Shown here: in pieces, positions 30,954 through 42,742 of the stretch | Numbering within the stretch: position 1 is the first letter of the stretch | Layout: each line of letters starts with the position of its first letter | Source of the DNA: an uncultured Planctomycetota bacterium | GTDB taxonomy: Bacteria; Planctomycetota; Planctomycetia; Gemmatales; Gemmataceae | Assembly: GCA_963849325.1 (NCBI GenBank) | Contig: CAWKHF010000002.1 | Coordinates: 64,001-128,000, forward strand | DNA length: 64,000 bases | Direction: 5' to 3' | Program-made: the position numbers and the translations under genes | Notes under the pieces: model-generated | What the model was told of the DNA's origin: nothing | Seen by the model: the letters and a program-made list of their open reading frames with translations, nothing else | Databases searched by the model: none

Positions 30954-32144
30954 ATGCCGCGCAAAGTCGAGGGCAACAGCACGACGGGCACCACCACGAC
31001 TCCCGCGCGCTCGCAAACGGCCCTGCGTAACCTTCGTTCTCAGATCGACAAACTGGACTTGCAGATCCTCAAGCTCGTCAACGAGCGCGCCGGGGTGGCG
31101 GCGGAGATCGGCAAGCTCAAAAATGACCACGGCGACGAGATCTTTTCCCCGGCCCGCGAGGAAGAGGTCCTGCAAAACATCCTCCAGCTCAACGAGAAGC
31201 ACAAAGGTCCGCTCGACGCCGGCACCGTCCGCGCCATTTTCCGCGAGATCATGAGCGGCTCGCGCGCCTTGCAGAAGGTGGTCAAGGTCGCTTACCTCGG
31301 GCCGGAGTACAGTTACAGTCACTTGGCCGCCGTCGATCGCTTCGGTCAGGCCGTCGAGTTCGTTGGCGTCGGCAGCATCGCCGCCGTCTTCGAGGAGGTC
31401 GAGCGCGGCCACGTCGATTTCGGGGTCGTGCCGGTCGAGAACTCGACCGATGGCCGCATCGCCGACACGCTGGACATGTTCATGCGGATGCCGCACCTGG
31501 CGATTTGCGCCGAGGTGCGTTTGCAGATTCACCATAATCTGCTGGCCAAGTGCGAGCAGCAGGAGGTCCGCCGCGTCTACAGCAAGCCGCAGGCGCTGTC
31601 GCAGTGCCGCAACTGGTTGGCCAAGAACGTGCCGCAAGCGTTGCTCAAGGAAGTGTCCAGCACGGCGACGGCAGCCGAGTTGGCCCAGCACGAACCCGGC
31701 GCCGCCGCCGTGGCCAGCCGACAGGCGGCCGTCAAGTACGGCCTGCGCATTCTCTTCACCGACATCGAGGATTCGCCCGGCAACGAGACGCGCTTCGCCG
31801 TCATCGGCCAGCAAAAGACCGGCAAGACCGGCCATGACAAGACGACGTTGATGTTCCGCATCCCGCACAATCCCGGCTCGCTGGTCGAAGCGCTGGACGT
31901 GTTCAAGCAGAACAAGATCAACCTGACGTGGATCGAATCGTTCCCTGGACCCCGGCGCCACACCGGCGATGCGGGCGAGGACCGCGCCGCCCTCAAGGCG
32001 GCCAAGCCCGAGTACCTGTTCTTCCTCGATGTGGAAGGCCACGCCGACGACCCCAAGATCAAACGCGCTCTACAGGGTCTCGAAGAACACTGCCAGGAGG
32101 TGACGGTGCTGGGTTCCTACCCGATGGCCCTAACCACTGGTTAA
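30954..32144 (+). CDS. pheA: Chorismate mutase / prephenate dehydratase
   Basis: LRSQIDKLD (chorismate mutase); AYLGP, PVENS, PQALSQC, NETRF (PDT); INLTWIESFP (ACT). Confidence 0.95.
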   Translation: MPRKVEGNSTTGTTTTPARSQTALRNLRSQIDKLDLQILKLVNERAGVAAEIGKLKNDHGDEIFSPAREEEVLQNILQLNEKHKGPLDAGTVRAIFREIMSGSRALQKVVKVAYLGPEYSYSHLAAVDRFGQAVEFVGVGSIAAVFEEVERGHVDFGVVPVENSTDGRIADTLDMFMRMPHLAICAEVRLQIHHNLLAKCEQQEVRRVYSKPQALSQCRNWLAKNVPQALLKEVSSTATAAELAQHEPGAAAVASRQAAVKYGLRILFTDIEDSPGNETRFAVIGQQKTGKTGHDKTTLMFRIPHNPGSLVEALDVFKQNKINLTWIESFPGPRRHTGDAGEDRAALKAAKPEYLFFLDVEGHADDPKIKRALQGLEEHCQEVTVLGSYPMALTTG

Positions 32145-32156
32145 CAAAGAGAGGAC

Positions 32157-32294
32157 CACCACGGAAAACACGGAAAACACGGAAAAAAGACAAAGACATA
32201 AAGAAGACATTGACGAGCTCAAGAGACGAGTCCCAATCCCTCTCTCACTCTTTTTGTATTGATTTTTTCCGTGTTTTCCGTGTTTTCCGTGGTG
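32157..32294. repeat. Inverted element made of 9-mer tandem units (cacggaaaa)n, family E
   Basis: caccacggaaaacacggaaaacacggaaaaaa ... ttttttccgtgttttccgtgttttccgtggtg around an AT-rich spacer. Confidence 0.88.
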
Positions 32295-32304
32295 AAATAA
32301 TTCG

Positions 32305-33342
32305 ATGATTATCGTTCTCCGGCCGGATTCCACCGAGGAGCAGATCGACCACGTCCTCGAGCGCATCCGCGAACTGGGCTTCAAGCCGCACCTCAGCCGC
32401 GGCGAGAAGCGTACTCTCGTCGGCGTCATCGGCGACGAGGACAAGCTGCGCACCGAACCGCTGTCCGCCATCCCCGGCGTCGAACAAGTGCTGCCGATCC
32501 TCAAGGCGTTCAAGCTGGCCAGCCGCGAGTTCCACCCCACCGACACGGTCGTCACGGTCGGCGCCGATTGCGGGCCGCCGGTCAAGCCGACGCGCATCGG
32601 CGGCGGCTCCCTGGCGCTCATCGCCGGACCCTGTGCCGTCGAGAGCGCCGAGGTGCTGGACACCATCGCCGGCCACGTCAAGGCGGCCGGCGCCAATCTG
32701 CTGCGCGGCGGAGCATTCAAGCCGCGCACCAGCCCATACAGCTTCCAGGGACTCGGCGAGGCCGGCCTGAAGATCCTCCGCGACGTCGGGCATCGCCACG
32801 GTCTGCCGGTCGTCACCGAAGTGATGGACCCTCGGCAAGTCGATGTCGTCAACCGTTACACCGACATGTTCCAGATTGGCGCCCGTAACATGCAGAACTT
32901 CGACCTATTGCGCGAGGTCGGCCAGGCCCGCAAGCCGGTCCTGCTCAAGCGCGGCATGAGCGCCACCGTCAAGGACATGCTCATGTCGGCGGAATATGTG
33001 CTGTCGGAGGGCAATCCTGACGTGGTGCTGTGCGAGCGCGGCGTGCGTTCCTTCGAGGACTCGACGCGCAACATGCTCGACCTCAGCGCCGTGCCCAACG
33101 TCAAGGGGCAGAGCCATCTGCCGATCATCGTCGATCCCAGTCACGCCACCGGCCGGCCAGACCTGATCCCGGCGATGTCGCGGGCGGCCGTCGCCGCTGG
33201 CGCCGATGGCGTCCATGTCGAAGTTCACAGTTGTCCCGAGAAGGCGCTGTCGGACGGACCGCAAGCGTTGCTGCCGGCCCAGTACGCCGCCCTCACCGGC
33301 GACCTGCGCCGCCTCGCCGATCTGATGGGCAAAACATTTTAA
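32305..33342 (+). CDS. aroF: DAHP synthase (class I-beta)
   Basis: [34 protein letters not shown] and DPSHATG motifs. Confidence 0.96.
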   Translation: MIIVLRPDSTEEQIDHVLERIRELGFKPHLSRGEKRTLVGVIGDEDKLRTEPLSAIPGVEQVLPILKAFKLASREFHPTDTVVTVGADCGPPVKPTRIGGGSLALIAGPCAVESAEVLDTIAGHVKAAGANLLRGGAFKPRTSPYSFQGLGEAGLKILRDVGHRHGLPVVTEVMDPRQVDVVNRYTDMFQIGARNMQNFDLLREVGQARKPVLLKRGMSATVKDMLMSAEYVLSEGNPDVVLCERGVRSFEDSTRNMLDLSAVPNVKGQSHLPIIVDPSHATGRPDLIPAMSRAAVAAGADGVHVEVHSCPEKALSDGPQALLPAQYAALTGDLRRLADLMGKTF

Positions 33343-33468
33343 ACCACGAAACACACGAAAAAAAGACAAAAAGAACGAGAAGAGGAGAAGTCCGCTGTAC
33401 GACGCCGTTTCTTTATTAATTATTGTCTTTTTTGTCTTTTTTTCGTGTGTTTCGTGTGTTTCGTGGTT
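33342..33468. repeat. Family E variant (cacgaaaca)n inverted element
   Basis: aaccacgaaacacacgaaaaaa ... ttttcgtgtgtttcgtgtgtttcgtggtt. Confidence 0.85.
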
Positions 33469-33482
33469 CGAGGTCTTGTCTT

Positions 33483-34247
33483 ATGCGATCGAAATTCGTC
33501 GCCGGCAACTGGAAGATGTTCACCAACACGGCCACGGCGCGACAGTTGGCTGCCGCAGTGGTGCGCGGCCTGGGCGACGAGAAGCGCGTCGCCGTCGCCG
33601 TCTGTCCGCCGGCCCCGTATCTGGTCGTCGTCGCCGAGGCACTCCAGGGCAGCTCGGTCGCGCTGGGCGCGCAGAACTGCTATCCCGAGAAAGAAGGCGC
33701 CTTCACCGGCGAGGTCAGCCCGACCATGCTCGTCGATGTCGGCTGTCGTTACGTCATCCTCGGCCATAGCGAACGTCGTCACAAGCTCGGCGAGAGCGAC
33801 GCCTTTATCAACCGCAAGGTGCGGGCGGCGTTGGCGGCGGGACTGGAAGTCATCCTCTGCCTGGGCGAGACGTTGCAAGAGCGTCAGAGCGAGCACACCG
33901 AGTCCGTGCTGGAAAGCCAGTTGAGCGGCAGCCTGGCCGACCTGGACGCGGCGGCGCTGCGTCGCGTCGTGCTGGCCTACGAGCCGGTCTGGGCCATCGG
34001 CACCGGCCACAACGCCACGCCGGAGCAGGCCCAGCAGGCCCATGCCTTCCTCCGCGGCCAAATCCGCCAGCGCTTCGGCGAGGAAGCGGCCGCGGCGCTT
34101 CTGATTCAGTACGGCGGCAGCGTCAAACCCGACAATGCCGCCGCCCTCTTCGGTCAGCCCGACGTCGATGGCGGATTGATCGGCGGCGCCAGCCTCAACG
34201 CCGACCAGTTCCTGGCCATCGTTCGCGCTTCCGTGCGGGGGCAATAA
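33483..34247 (+). CDS. tpiA: Triosephosphate isomerase
   Basis: AGNWKM, GAFTGE, GHSERR, AYEPVWAIGTG and YGGSV motifs. Confidence 0.98.
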   Translation: MRSKFVAGNWKMFTNTATARQLAAAVVRGLGDEKRVAVAVCPPAPYLVVVAEALQGSSVALGAQNCYPEKEGAFTGEVSPTMLVDVGCRYVILGHSERRHKLGESDAFINRKVRAALAAGLEVILCLGETLQERQSEHTESVLESQLSGSLADLDAAALRRVVLAYEPVWAIGTGHNATPEQAQQAHAFLRGQIRQRFGEEAAAALLIQYGGSVKPDNAAALFGQPDVDGGLIGGASLNADQFLAIVRASVRGQ

Positions 34248-34375
34248 ACGAACCATCGGAATCCATTACGGCACCCGAGTTTTGATGAGACAAACGCCGG
34301 GTGATGGTGTTACGATCTGTGGTTGGTGTGTGCGGAAGTTGTCTCCGGGGGAATCCAATCAATGGGAGGTGGGAA

Positions 34376-35008
34376 ATGCGTGGAATGTTGAAGTGGACCG
34401 TGGCGACGTGCCTGGCCCTGGGCCTGGCCAGCGTCGCCCAGGCCCAGCGACAGGGACCGGGATTTTTCGGCGGTCCGGGAGCCTTGCTGCAAAACGAGGG
34501 CGTGCAGAAGGAGTTGAGCCTCAGCGACGAACAGAAGACTAAGGTCCGAGACGCCCTGACCAAGGTGCGCGAGGACAACAAAGACATCATCGGCAAGGGC
34601 CGCGACATGTCGCGCGAGGAGCGGCAGAAGCTGATGAAGGCGTTCGACGACGCTATCGGCGGCGTTCTCGACGCCAAGCAGATGAAGCGGTTCAAACAGA
34701 TCCAGTTGCAAACGCAAGGCGCCTTCGCCTTCTTCAACACCCAGGTACAGGAGAAGCTGAAGCTGAGCGAGGATCAAAAGGGCAAGATCCGCGAGATCGG
34801 CCAGGAAGCCGGCAAGAAGATGGCCGACCTGCGCCAGGGCGGCGGCAGCCGCGAGGAAAACGCCAAGAAGTTCAACGAAATCCGCAAGGAGACGATGGAC
34901 AAGATCGCCGTCGTGCTGACGGACGACCAGAAGAAGACCTGGAAGGAGATGACCGGCAAACCGTTCGAGCTGCAGCCCGGCGCCCGGCGGCGCAACCGCG
35001 ATCAGTGA
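34376..35008 (+). CDS. Secreted helical-repeat protein (Spy/LTXXQ-like)
   Basis: Signal peptide ending VAQA; two VQ.EL.LSE.QK repeats; LTDDQK motif. Confidence 0.75.
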   Translation: MRGMLKWTVATCLALGLASVAQAQRQGPGFFGGPGALLQNEGVQKELSLSDEQKTKVRDALTKVREDNKDIIGKGRDMSREERQKLMKAFDDAIGGVLDAKQMKRFKQIQLQTQGAFAFFNTQVQEKLKLSEDQKGKIREIGQEAGKKMADLRQGGGSREENAKKFNEIRKETMDKIAVVLTDDQKKTWKEMTGKPFELQPGARRRNRDQ

Positions 35009-35040
35009 CAAGGACGAGGACCGCTACATCTTCGTAAACC

Positions 35041-35109
35041 CCGTTTAGCCGCGACGCGCAGCGGAGCGCGGGAATCTCCCGCGCTCCGCTGCGCGTCGCG
35101 GCTAAACGG
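35041..35109. repeat. Family A palindromic repeat
   Basis: ccgtttagccgcgacgcgcagcggagcgcggga...gcggctaaacgg; supplies the minus-strand TAG at 35102-35104. Confidence 0.9.
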
Positions 35110-37241
35110 CCGACAGACTGTGCTCCGCCGTTTCGGCCGCCGCCGGCGCCAGGGAGGTCGGCATCTCCTCGCCACACAGGTTGAGGGCCATGGTGCCGGC
35201 CAGGGCCGCCATCAACCCCAGCCCTTCGCGCGAGTCTTTTTCGACCGGGTATCCTCCAAAGGTCAGTCGCTGCTCGTCGGCCCCGCGCCAGCACGAGGGA
35301 ATCTCCGTGGAGGAAGACGGCCGTGCCGCCGGCGGCCCGGTGATCGAGCAGACGCGGGTGCTGAGCGTCCCGGGCGAACCAGACGACCCGTTCGGCGGGT
35401 GGAAGTCGCGTTTCCGCAAGCGGTGGAAAATCCGCGTTCACAACGGCCGTGCCCCGCGGCGCCAGCGCCCGCAGTACGGCGGCGCAGGCCTCGACCAGTT
35501 CCGCGGCGTCGGCGACCGCACCGGCGCAATCCAGACATTCGCCCGCTTCGGGCGGGCCGGTCAGCAGGGTCACGTCGCAGCGGTCGCACCCCAGTCCCTC
35601 GGTAAGCAGGTCGCGGGCATCCGCCTCCAGGACGGCGATGTCCACGACGCTGCTGCGCAGCACGGCACCAGCCTTCTGGTGTGCGGTCGCCCCAGGCAGG
35701 ACAATCCGCCGGCCGGCGACGAAAACGCCGTCGCGGCTGGCCCGTCCGACGCGGAAGCCGTGCCGGCTCAACAGCGCCTCCAGGCGCCGTCCCGCCGCCC
35801 GCGTCCGGCCGCCGGTCACGACGAGAACGGGGATGCGGCCATCGCTGCCGGGTGGGAACAGCGTGGCGACGATGGCTTCGCCGACCGGGCGGGTGCTCTC
35901 GACCCACGGCGGCGTATGCAGACCCAGACCGGGTCCGGTGTTGACCTCGACGACGACACCGCCCTGCTCTTCCAGCGGCCGGCCAACGTCCTCGGCCACC
36001 AGGTCCACGCCGGCGACGCGGACCCGCAGCGCCTGGGCGGCGGCCACGGCGCAGGCAGCGACCTGGGGGTGAATGCGCTCGGTCACGTCGCGCAGGCAGC
36101 CGCCGTTCTCGACGTGCGGCGGATTGCGGCGCAGCAGTACGCGCACACCCGCCGGCGGGACCGAATCGGGCGTGTAGCCCTGGGCGGCGAGCACGGCGCA
36201 AGCGACGGCATCGATCCGCAGGCGGCGGAGAGGGAAGGGATAGGCGTCGCCGCGCCGCGGATCGCGGTTCACCGCCTCCACCAGATCGACCACGGCCGAA
36301 AGGCCGTCGCCGACGACGTGCGGCGGCTCGATCCGTGCCACCGCGATCGCGCGGTCATCGACTACCAGCACGCGATGCTCCACCCCGCGAGCGAAACGTT
36401 CGACCAGGACATCGGCGCTCTTCGCCCGCGCCGCCTCGTAGGCGGCGACTACCTGCTCGCGCGTCTGCAGGTCCAGGCCGACTCCCAGGGCGAGGTCGCG
36501 GTCCTGTGGCTTGACGGCGACCGGCAGACCCAGTTCGCGCGCCGCCGACCAGGCGTCCTCGGCATCGCGGACGGGACGGCCCTCCGGGACCGGAACGCCG
36601 GCCTCGCGCAGTAACAACTTGGTCAGGTGCTTGTCGGTCGTGATGGAACGGGCGACGGCGCTGACGTCGTCGGTCTCGGAGGCCAGGCTGCGGCGCTGGC
36701 GGGAACCTTGGCCCAGGAGTAGATAGCGGCCGTCGTCCGGGTTGAGGTGGGTGACCGGAATGCCCCGCGCCTGCGCCGCCTCGACGACGGCTCGCGTACT
36801 CGGCCCCAGGATTTGCTCGTCGGCCAACTCGCGCAAGCGCGCCAGCTCCTCGTTGATGGCGAACGGCCGGTCCTCCAGAGCGGCCCGGCACATCGCCACG
36901 GCTGTTTGCAGGCAGGCCAGACCGACCGGCTCCTCCCGGTATTCGACGGCCACACGGTAGCGGCCCGGTTCCCCTCCTCGCCGCGTCTCGCCGAACGTCA
37001 CCGCGTTGCCGGCCAGCACTTGCAGGTGCAGCACCATCCGCTTAAGAAGGTGGGCCAGGTTGACGCCCTCGCCCGGCTCCGGCGTCAGCGCGGGGAGCCA
37101 GCTCACGAGGCGCTCGACCGCCGCCAGGACTTCGTGTCGCGTCCCGGCGGCCCATCGGCCCAGGTCCACCCCGGCTTCGAGGACCGGACACGTCGCCCAG
37201 ACATTCGGTCCCCGGAGCACTCGCAGTCGCCACAACTCCAT
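35102..37241 (-). CDS. cphA: Cyanophycin synthetase-like protein, short form (frameshift near 35285)
   Basis: LRGPNVW N-domain, LGPST, ATP-grasp motifs (VKP.D, EHRVLVV, EVN.GPGL.LH), DGRIP; the M domain is degenerate and truncated. Confidence 0.8.
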
Positions 37242-37446
37242 GTTCGCACCCTTCTCCGCTCGAAAAGCTGCTTGCGGCTTCGCGCCTGCCGCGGCCCGCG
37301 GAGCCGCAAACGGCGTTTGATTCTCTGCGCACCCCTCCGGAATATGCCCATCCGGCCGGAAAACCCGACACAAATTTCGAGGACGCGGAACGTCCATCGC
37401 TTTTCCCTTCGGCTCGTTGTGGCGAGGACGACGAAGGCGACATACA

Positions 37447-38058
37447 ATGGAGCTGTCGGATACCTCCGAGGCTGTGGAGAGACCGAGCTTGTCGCAGGGA
37501 TCGGTTACGCGCTGGATCGCCCAACTGCGGGCCGGGGACCAGGCTGCGGCCAATCCCTTGTGGGGGCGTTATTTCCATCGACTGGTCGCGCTGGCCCGCG
37601 TCCGGCTGCTGCGGGCACCGCGCCGGGCGGCCGACGAGGAAGACGTCGCCCTCAGCGCCTTCCACAGTTTTTGCCGCGCCGCCGAGCGCGGACACTTTCC
37701 CAAGCTGGACGACCGAAACGACCTCTGGCGCTTGCTGGTCGTCCTCACGACCCGCAAGGCGGCGCACCTCGTCCGCGATGGCGGCCGGCTCCGGCGCGGG
37801 GGCGGATTGGCCGCCGAGGACGAGGTGGACCTCGAACGCATCGTGGGCGAGGAGCCGGAGCCGAAGTTCGTCGCCGAGGCCGCCGAGGAGTGTCGCCGCT
37901 TGCTGTGCCGGCTCGGCGACGATACCCTGCGCTCGGTGGCTCTGTGGAAGATGGAAGGATACACCAACGAGGAGATCGCCGTCCGGCTCGGCTGCGTCCT
38001 CCGCACGGTCGAGCGCAAACTGCGATTGATCCGCGAAATCTGGGAGGACGAGCCGTGA
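37447..38058 (+). CDS. ECF sigma factor, planctomycete kinase-associated type
   Basis: [32 protein letters not shown] and [18 protein letters not shown] motifs. Confidence 0.9.
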   Translation: MELSDTSEAVERPSLSQGSVTRWIAQLRAGDQAAANPLWGRYFHRLVALARVRLLRAPRRAADEEDVALSAFHSFCRAAERGHFPKLDDRNDLWRLLVVLTTRKAAHLVRDGGRLRRGGGLAAEDEVDLERIVGEEPEPKFVAEAAEECRRLLCRLGDDTLRSVALWKMEGYTNEEIAVRLGCVLRTVERKLRLIREIWEDEP

Positions 38059-41000
38059 CGCGGACGGCGACGAGCCGGGTGTCGCATCTGGGTCTGGCGC
38101 GGCGCGTGGACCAGACCTGCGACCGCTTCGAGTCGGCGTGGAAGGCCGCCGGCACCAGCGGCAGCCGGCCCTGCCTCGAAGATTTCCTCACCGACGCGAC
38201 GGAAGCGGAACGCGACGCGCTGGTCCGAGAGCTGATTCCCCTCGACGTTTGTTATCGCCGCCTTCGGGGTGAAGCGGGCACGCCGCAGGATTACGCCAAC
38301 CTCACGCCCACGCCGGACCCCTCGTGGTTGGCCGACGTGATGACGGCCCCCACGGACTCATCTGCCCTCGAGGGGCAAACGACCGTCAACGGGGACGCTC
38401 CCTCCGCGCTGCCGGGTCCGGGCAGTCGTTTCGGCGACTACGAACTGGAGCAGGAGATTGCCCGCGGCGGAATGGGCGTGGTGTATCGGGCGCGGCAGAT
38501 CAGCCTGAACCGTGTCGTCGCCCTGAAAATGATCCGGGAAGGCCGGTTTGCCTCCGCCGAGGAAGTGGAACGCTTTCGTCACGAGGCCGAGTCCGCCGCC
38601 GGCCTGGAGCATCCCCACATCGTGCCGGTCTACGAGGTCGGCGAACACGAGGGCCGCTATTACTTTAGTATGAAGTGGATCGAGGGCGGCAGCCTCTCGG
38701 ACCGGGCCTCGGCGCTGGGCGCCGACCCTCAGGCCGCGGCTCGGTTGGTCGCCCTCGTCGCTCGCGCCGTCCATCACGCCCACCAACACGGCATCCTGCA
38801 CCGCGACCTCAAACCAGCCAACGTCCTTCTGGCGAGCGGAGGGCGTCGCTCGGAAGAGGGGCTCGGAAGAGGGACTAGGGGCGAGGGACTAGGGACTAGG
38901 GAAGAAACCTCTTCCCTAGTCCCTAGTCCCTATTCCCTATTCCCTTCTTCCGAGTTGGTTCCCCTGGTCACCGACTTCGGTCTGGCCAAGCGCGTCGGCG
39001 GCGGCGGGGTGCCGACGCGCTCGGGCGTGATCGTGGGCACGCCCAGCTACATGGCGCCGGAGCAAGCGTCCGGATCGAAGCTGCTGACGACGGCGGTGGA
39101 CGTCTGGGGGCTAGGGGCGATCCTCTATGAATTGCTGACCGGCCGTCCGCCGTTCCAGGGGGAGTGCAGTCTCGAAGTCCTTCGGCAGCGTGCTGGAGGA
39201 AGAACCGCCGCGGCCGCGATCGCTCAATTCCCGCATCAACCGCGACCTGGAGACGATTTGCCTGAAGTGCCTACGCAAGGAGCCGAGCCAGCGCTACAAC
39301 TCGGCGGAGGCGCTGGCCGACGACCTGGCGCGCTGGCTGGGACACGAGCCAATCCAGGCACGTCCGGTCGGGGCCGGCGAGCGGTTGGTCAAATGGGCGC
39401 GGCGGCGGCCGGCGGTTGCGGCCCTGGCCGGGGCGCTGGCGGCCATCACCCTGACCGCCCTGGCCTTGGTTGGCTGGCAGTGGCGCCTGGCCGTGACGGC
39501 GCGACAAGATCTCGAACAGCAGCGCCAACGCGCCGACCGCCTGCTCATTCGCCTGTCTCTGGACCGCGGTCTGAACCTGCTCGAAAAGGGGCAGGTGCCG
39601 CGCGGCATGTTGTGGCTGACGGACACGCTGGAACGGGTCAACGGTGCCGGCTTCCGTGAAGAGGAGGCCGAGGAGCTGCGCCGTCCGCTGCTGGCCAACC
39701 TGGGGGCGTGGTACGACCGACTCTGCTCTTTGCGCATTCTCCTGCCGCACTCCGCCCCACCCCTGGCTGCGGTCTTCCGCGCCGACGGACGGCGCTTGCT
39801 CACCGTCGATAGCGGCGGCCGGCTTCGCTCCTGGGACGTGACCGCCGGCACCGCCGACGAGACGCGCCTGGAACACGGCATGACGGTGCTGTCGGCGGCG
39901 TTCAGCCCCGATGCACGCTGGCTGGCGACCGGCTGCGCCGACGGCACGGTCCAGGTCTGGGACGTCGAGACCGGCGAGGCGCTGCACACGCTGCGGGGAC
40001 CGGCCGGCATGAGGCCCGGTCCGGTTCGCGTCGTGGCCGTCAACGGCTCCGGCTGGGTGGCCGCGGCCGGCGACGACAACCACGCCATCTGGCTCTGGGA
40101 TGCCTCCACCGGCGAATGGCTCGGCCGGCTCGTCGGACACGAAGGACCGATCCACGCCCTGGCCTTCAGTCCCCACGGTGCCGTTCTGGTCTCGGGAGGC
40201 GAAGACAAGACAGTGCGGCTATGGGACACGGCGGCGCGGCGGGCGCTGCGCGTCTGCCACGGTCACGACGCCGGCGAACGATCGCACCTGTACGCCGTCC
40301 GTGCCGTCGCCTTCAGTCCCGACGGCACGCGCGTAGTCAGCGGCAGCGAAGACCACACGGCGCAGGTGTGGGACGTTCGAATCGGGCAAACCGCTGATCC
40401 GCGACGCGGCCACGGGCGCGCCGTCGGCGCTGCCGCATCAGGACACGGTCGGCGCGGTGGCCTTCAGCCCCAGCGGCGCGAAAGTGCTGACCGGCAGTGC
40501 CGACCGCACCGCCCAGCTGTGGGACGCGGCCACGGATCGAGCAGCCGGCCCCCCGGTAGAGCATCCCGGCTCGGTCACGATGGTAGCGTTCGGGCCGGGC
40601 GGCTCCCTGCTGACGGTCGGCCGCGACAACGTCGCCCGCCTTTGGGGCGTCCCGGCCGAGAAGTCCTGGCTGCACGAGTTCCGCCACCCGGAGTACGTCA
40701 TGACGGCAGCCCTCAGCCCGGACGGCCGACGGGCGGCGACGGGCAGCGGCGCCGGTGTCTGGCTATGGGACACGGAGACGGGAAAGTCTCTCGGTCCCCT
40801 CGCCGGCCGCGGCGGCGGATTCGCCCACCAGGACGACGTCTGGACCGTGGCCTTCAGTCCCGATGGCCGGCACGTTCTGACCGCCAGCCGGGACGGAACG
40901 GCGCGGCTGTGGGACGTGGCGACGCGGCGGCCGATCGAATACGAGGCCGGCCGACCCGTGGTGATCGAGATGGGCCAGCGCGGCCGGGCGGCGGCCTTCA

Positions 41001-41746
41001 CGGCGGACGGCCGGCACATCTTGACGGGGGCCGGCAATGTGGTGGGAGAGAAGACCCGGGGAACGGTCGATCTGTGGGACTGGTCTTCCGGCCCTCCGCG
41101 CGGCCGGACCCTGGAGCAGGGCGAGATCGTCTGGCAGGTGGCTTGCAGCTCCGACCGCCGCATGGCGGCGGTCGCCGACGGCGACGACACCGTCCGCTTG
41201 TGGGATCTGGAGCTGGGCCAGCCCTTCGGCCCGCCGCTGGAGCACCACAATCGCGTCGTCGCTCTCGATTTCAGCCCGGACGGCCGGCTTCTCGCCACCG
41301 GCAGCACCGACAAGACGGCGCGCGTCTGGGACGTCGCCACCGGCCGAGCGGTCGGCGAACCGTTCGATCACGTCGGCGCGGTGTGGGGCGTGGCCTTCAC
41401 CGACACACGAACCCTGGCGACGGCGTGCCGCGATGGACGACTACGCCTTTGGGATCTGCCGACGCGGACACCCATCGGCCCGCCGTGGCGCCACCAGGGC
41501 ATCGTCTGGACGGTGGCGTGCCATCCGGAAAGCCGGACCCTGCTGACCGGCAGCGAGGACCGCACGGCCCGCCTCTGGCGCATTCCGCTGCCGTGGCCCA
41601 ACGATGCCCGTCGCGTCCGCCTGTGTGTCGAGGTCAGCACCGGGCTGGAACTGGACAGCAACGGCGTGGTTCGCTGGCTGGACGTCTCCGCCTGGCAACG
41701 CCGCCGCCGATCCCTGGCGGAGCGCGGCGGCTGCCCCGCTCCCTAA
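38055..41746 (+). CDS. Ser/Thr kinase with TM segment and WD40 propellers (frameshifts near 39190 and 40390)
   Basis: [26 protein letters not shown] and [10 protein letters not shown] motifs, then many AFSPDG...WD repeats; GTGA overlap with the ECF gene. Confidence 0.9.
38848..38954. repeat. Heptamer-unit (agggact)n inverted element inserted in-frame in the kinase
   Basis: ctcggaagaggg...agggactagggactagggaaga / tcttccctagtccctagtccct...cttccgag. Confidence 0.85.
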
Positions 41747-41780
41747 CGGTCGCGGCGAGGGATCTTGCGCCGAGCGCGGA

Positions 41781-42728
41781 TCAATAATCCGGAATCGGCT
41801 GGCCGTCGGAGATGTTCGCCAACAGCGCCAGCGTGTTCGGGTCCGTGTTGATCGAGATCGACCGTACGCCGCCGTCTCCCATGACGAACTGGCAAACTCC
41901 CGTGTGATAGCCGCCGAAGCTGGCCGTACCGTCCCTCGGCGTGCGGGCCAGCGGATAATTCGGCCCGGCGGAGCGACTGGAGCAGACCCAGTAATCGCCG
42001 TTGTACAGCGAGCAGTCCAGCACTCCTCGGCCGAAGTTCCCCAGCTGCACGTGCTTGTCGCCGGCGAAGAGCGTGTTGCTCAGTCCATCGGTGATCTGGG
42101 CGAAGGTGATGGAGCCGAGCGCCTTGCCGTACTGATTGGTGGCGGCCCGGAAGGCGCCGTTGTAGACGGAGCCGTCGCAGTCGGTGCCGTCGCAGTTGTC
42201 GGTGCCGGTGCAGGTGGCGTAATCCCCCAGCGCCCCCGGTACGAACGGCCCGAGGGTCAAGCCGATGTCGTCGTTCTGATCGCCGGAGATGCTCGCCTGG
42301 GGAGGGGTCTGCGCCGTCCGCCGCGCGGGACAAAAGTAGGTGGGCACCTGCGTCAGGCGAGCGACGTCGGACTGATCGTAGTAAATAAGGGCCAGGTCCC
42401 ACTGCCGGTACAGGTTCCCCTGCTCCAGGTAGGGCAGCAGCAGGACGGCCCAGGTCGCGTGCAGGTCGCTGAGGCGGTTGGGAGGGAGCTTGTCGAAATC
42501 GCCGTGGTACATCTGGATGGCCAGGCCGATTTGCTTGAGATTGTTGGCGCACTGAATCCGTGCGGCGGCCTCGCGCACTTTCTGCACCGCCGGCAGCAAC
42601 AGTGCCATCAGCATCGCCACGACCGCCAGGACCACCAGCAGCTCGATCAGCGTGAACCCGACTCTCGCGGATCGGCGCGAGCGGTGACACGGCTTCGTAT
42701 CGATCGTTCGCACGGCACGGGGAAACAT
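41781..42728 (-). CDS. DUF1559 prepilin-like protein
   Basis: [39 protein letters not shown] and H-X9-DG motifs. Confidence 0.93.
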   Translation of the reverse strand: MFPRAVRTIDTKPCHRSRRSARVGFTLIELLVVLAVVAMLMALLLPAVQKVREAAARIQCANNLKQIGLAIQMYHGDFDKLPPNRLSDLHATWAVLLLPYLEQGNLYRQWDLALIYYDQSDVARLTQVPTYFCPARRTAQTPPQASISGDQNDDIGLTLGPFVPGALGDYATCTGTDNCDGTDCDGSVYNGAFRAATNQYGKALGSITFAQITDGLSNTLFAGDKHVQLGNFGRGVLDCSLYNGDYWVCSSRSAGPNYPLARTPRDGTASFGGYHTGVCQFVMGDGGVRSISINTDPNTLALLANISDGQPIPDY

Positions 42729-42742
42729 AAGCAACCGCCCGG

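Noticed and set aside
32157-33468. CRISPR array
   Set aside because: Units are 9 bp, tandem without unique spacers and arranged as inverted arms; no cas genes are present.
37447-41746. ECF sigma plus kinase-WD40 pair as a novel system
   Set aside because: This is an established, abundant planctomycete module; only the in-frame repeat insertion is notable.
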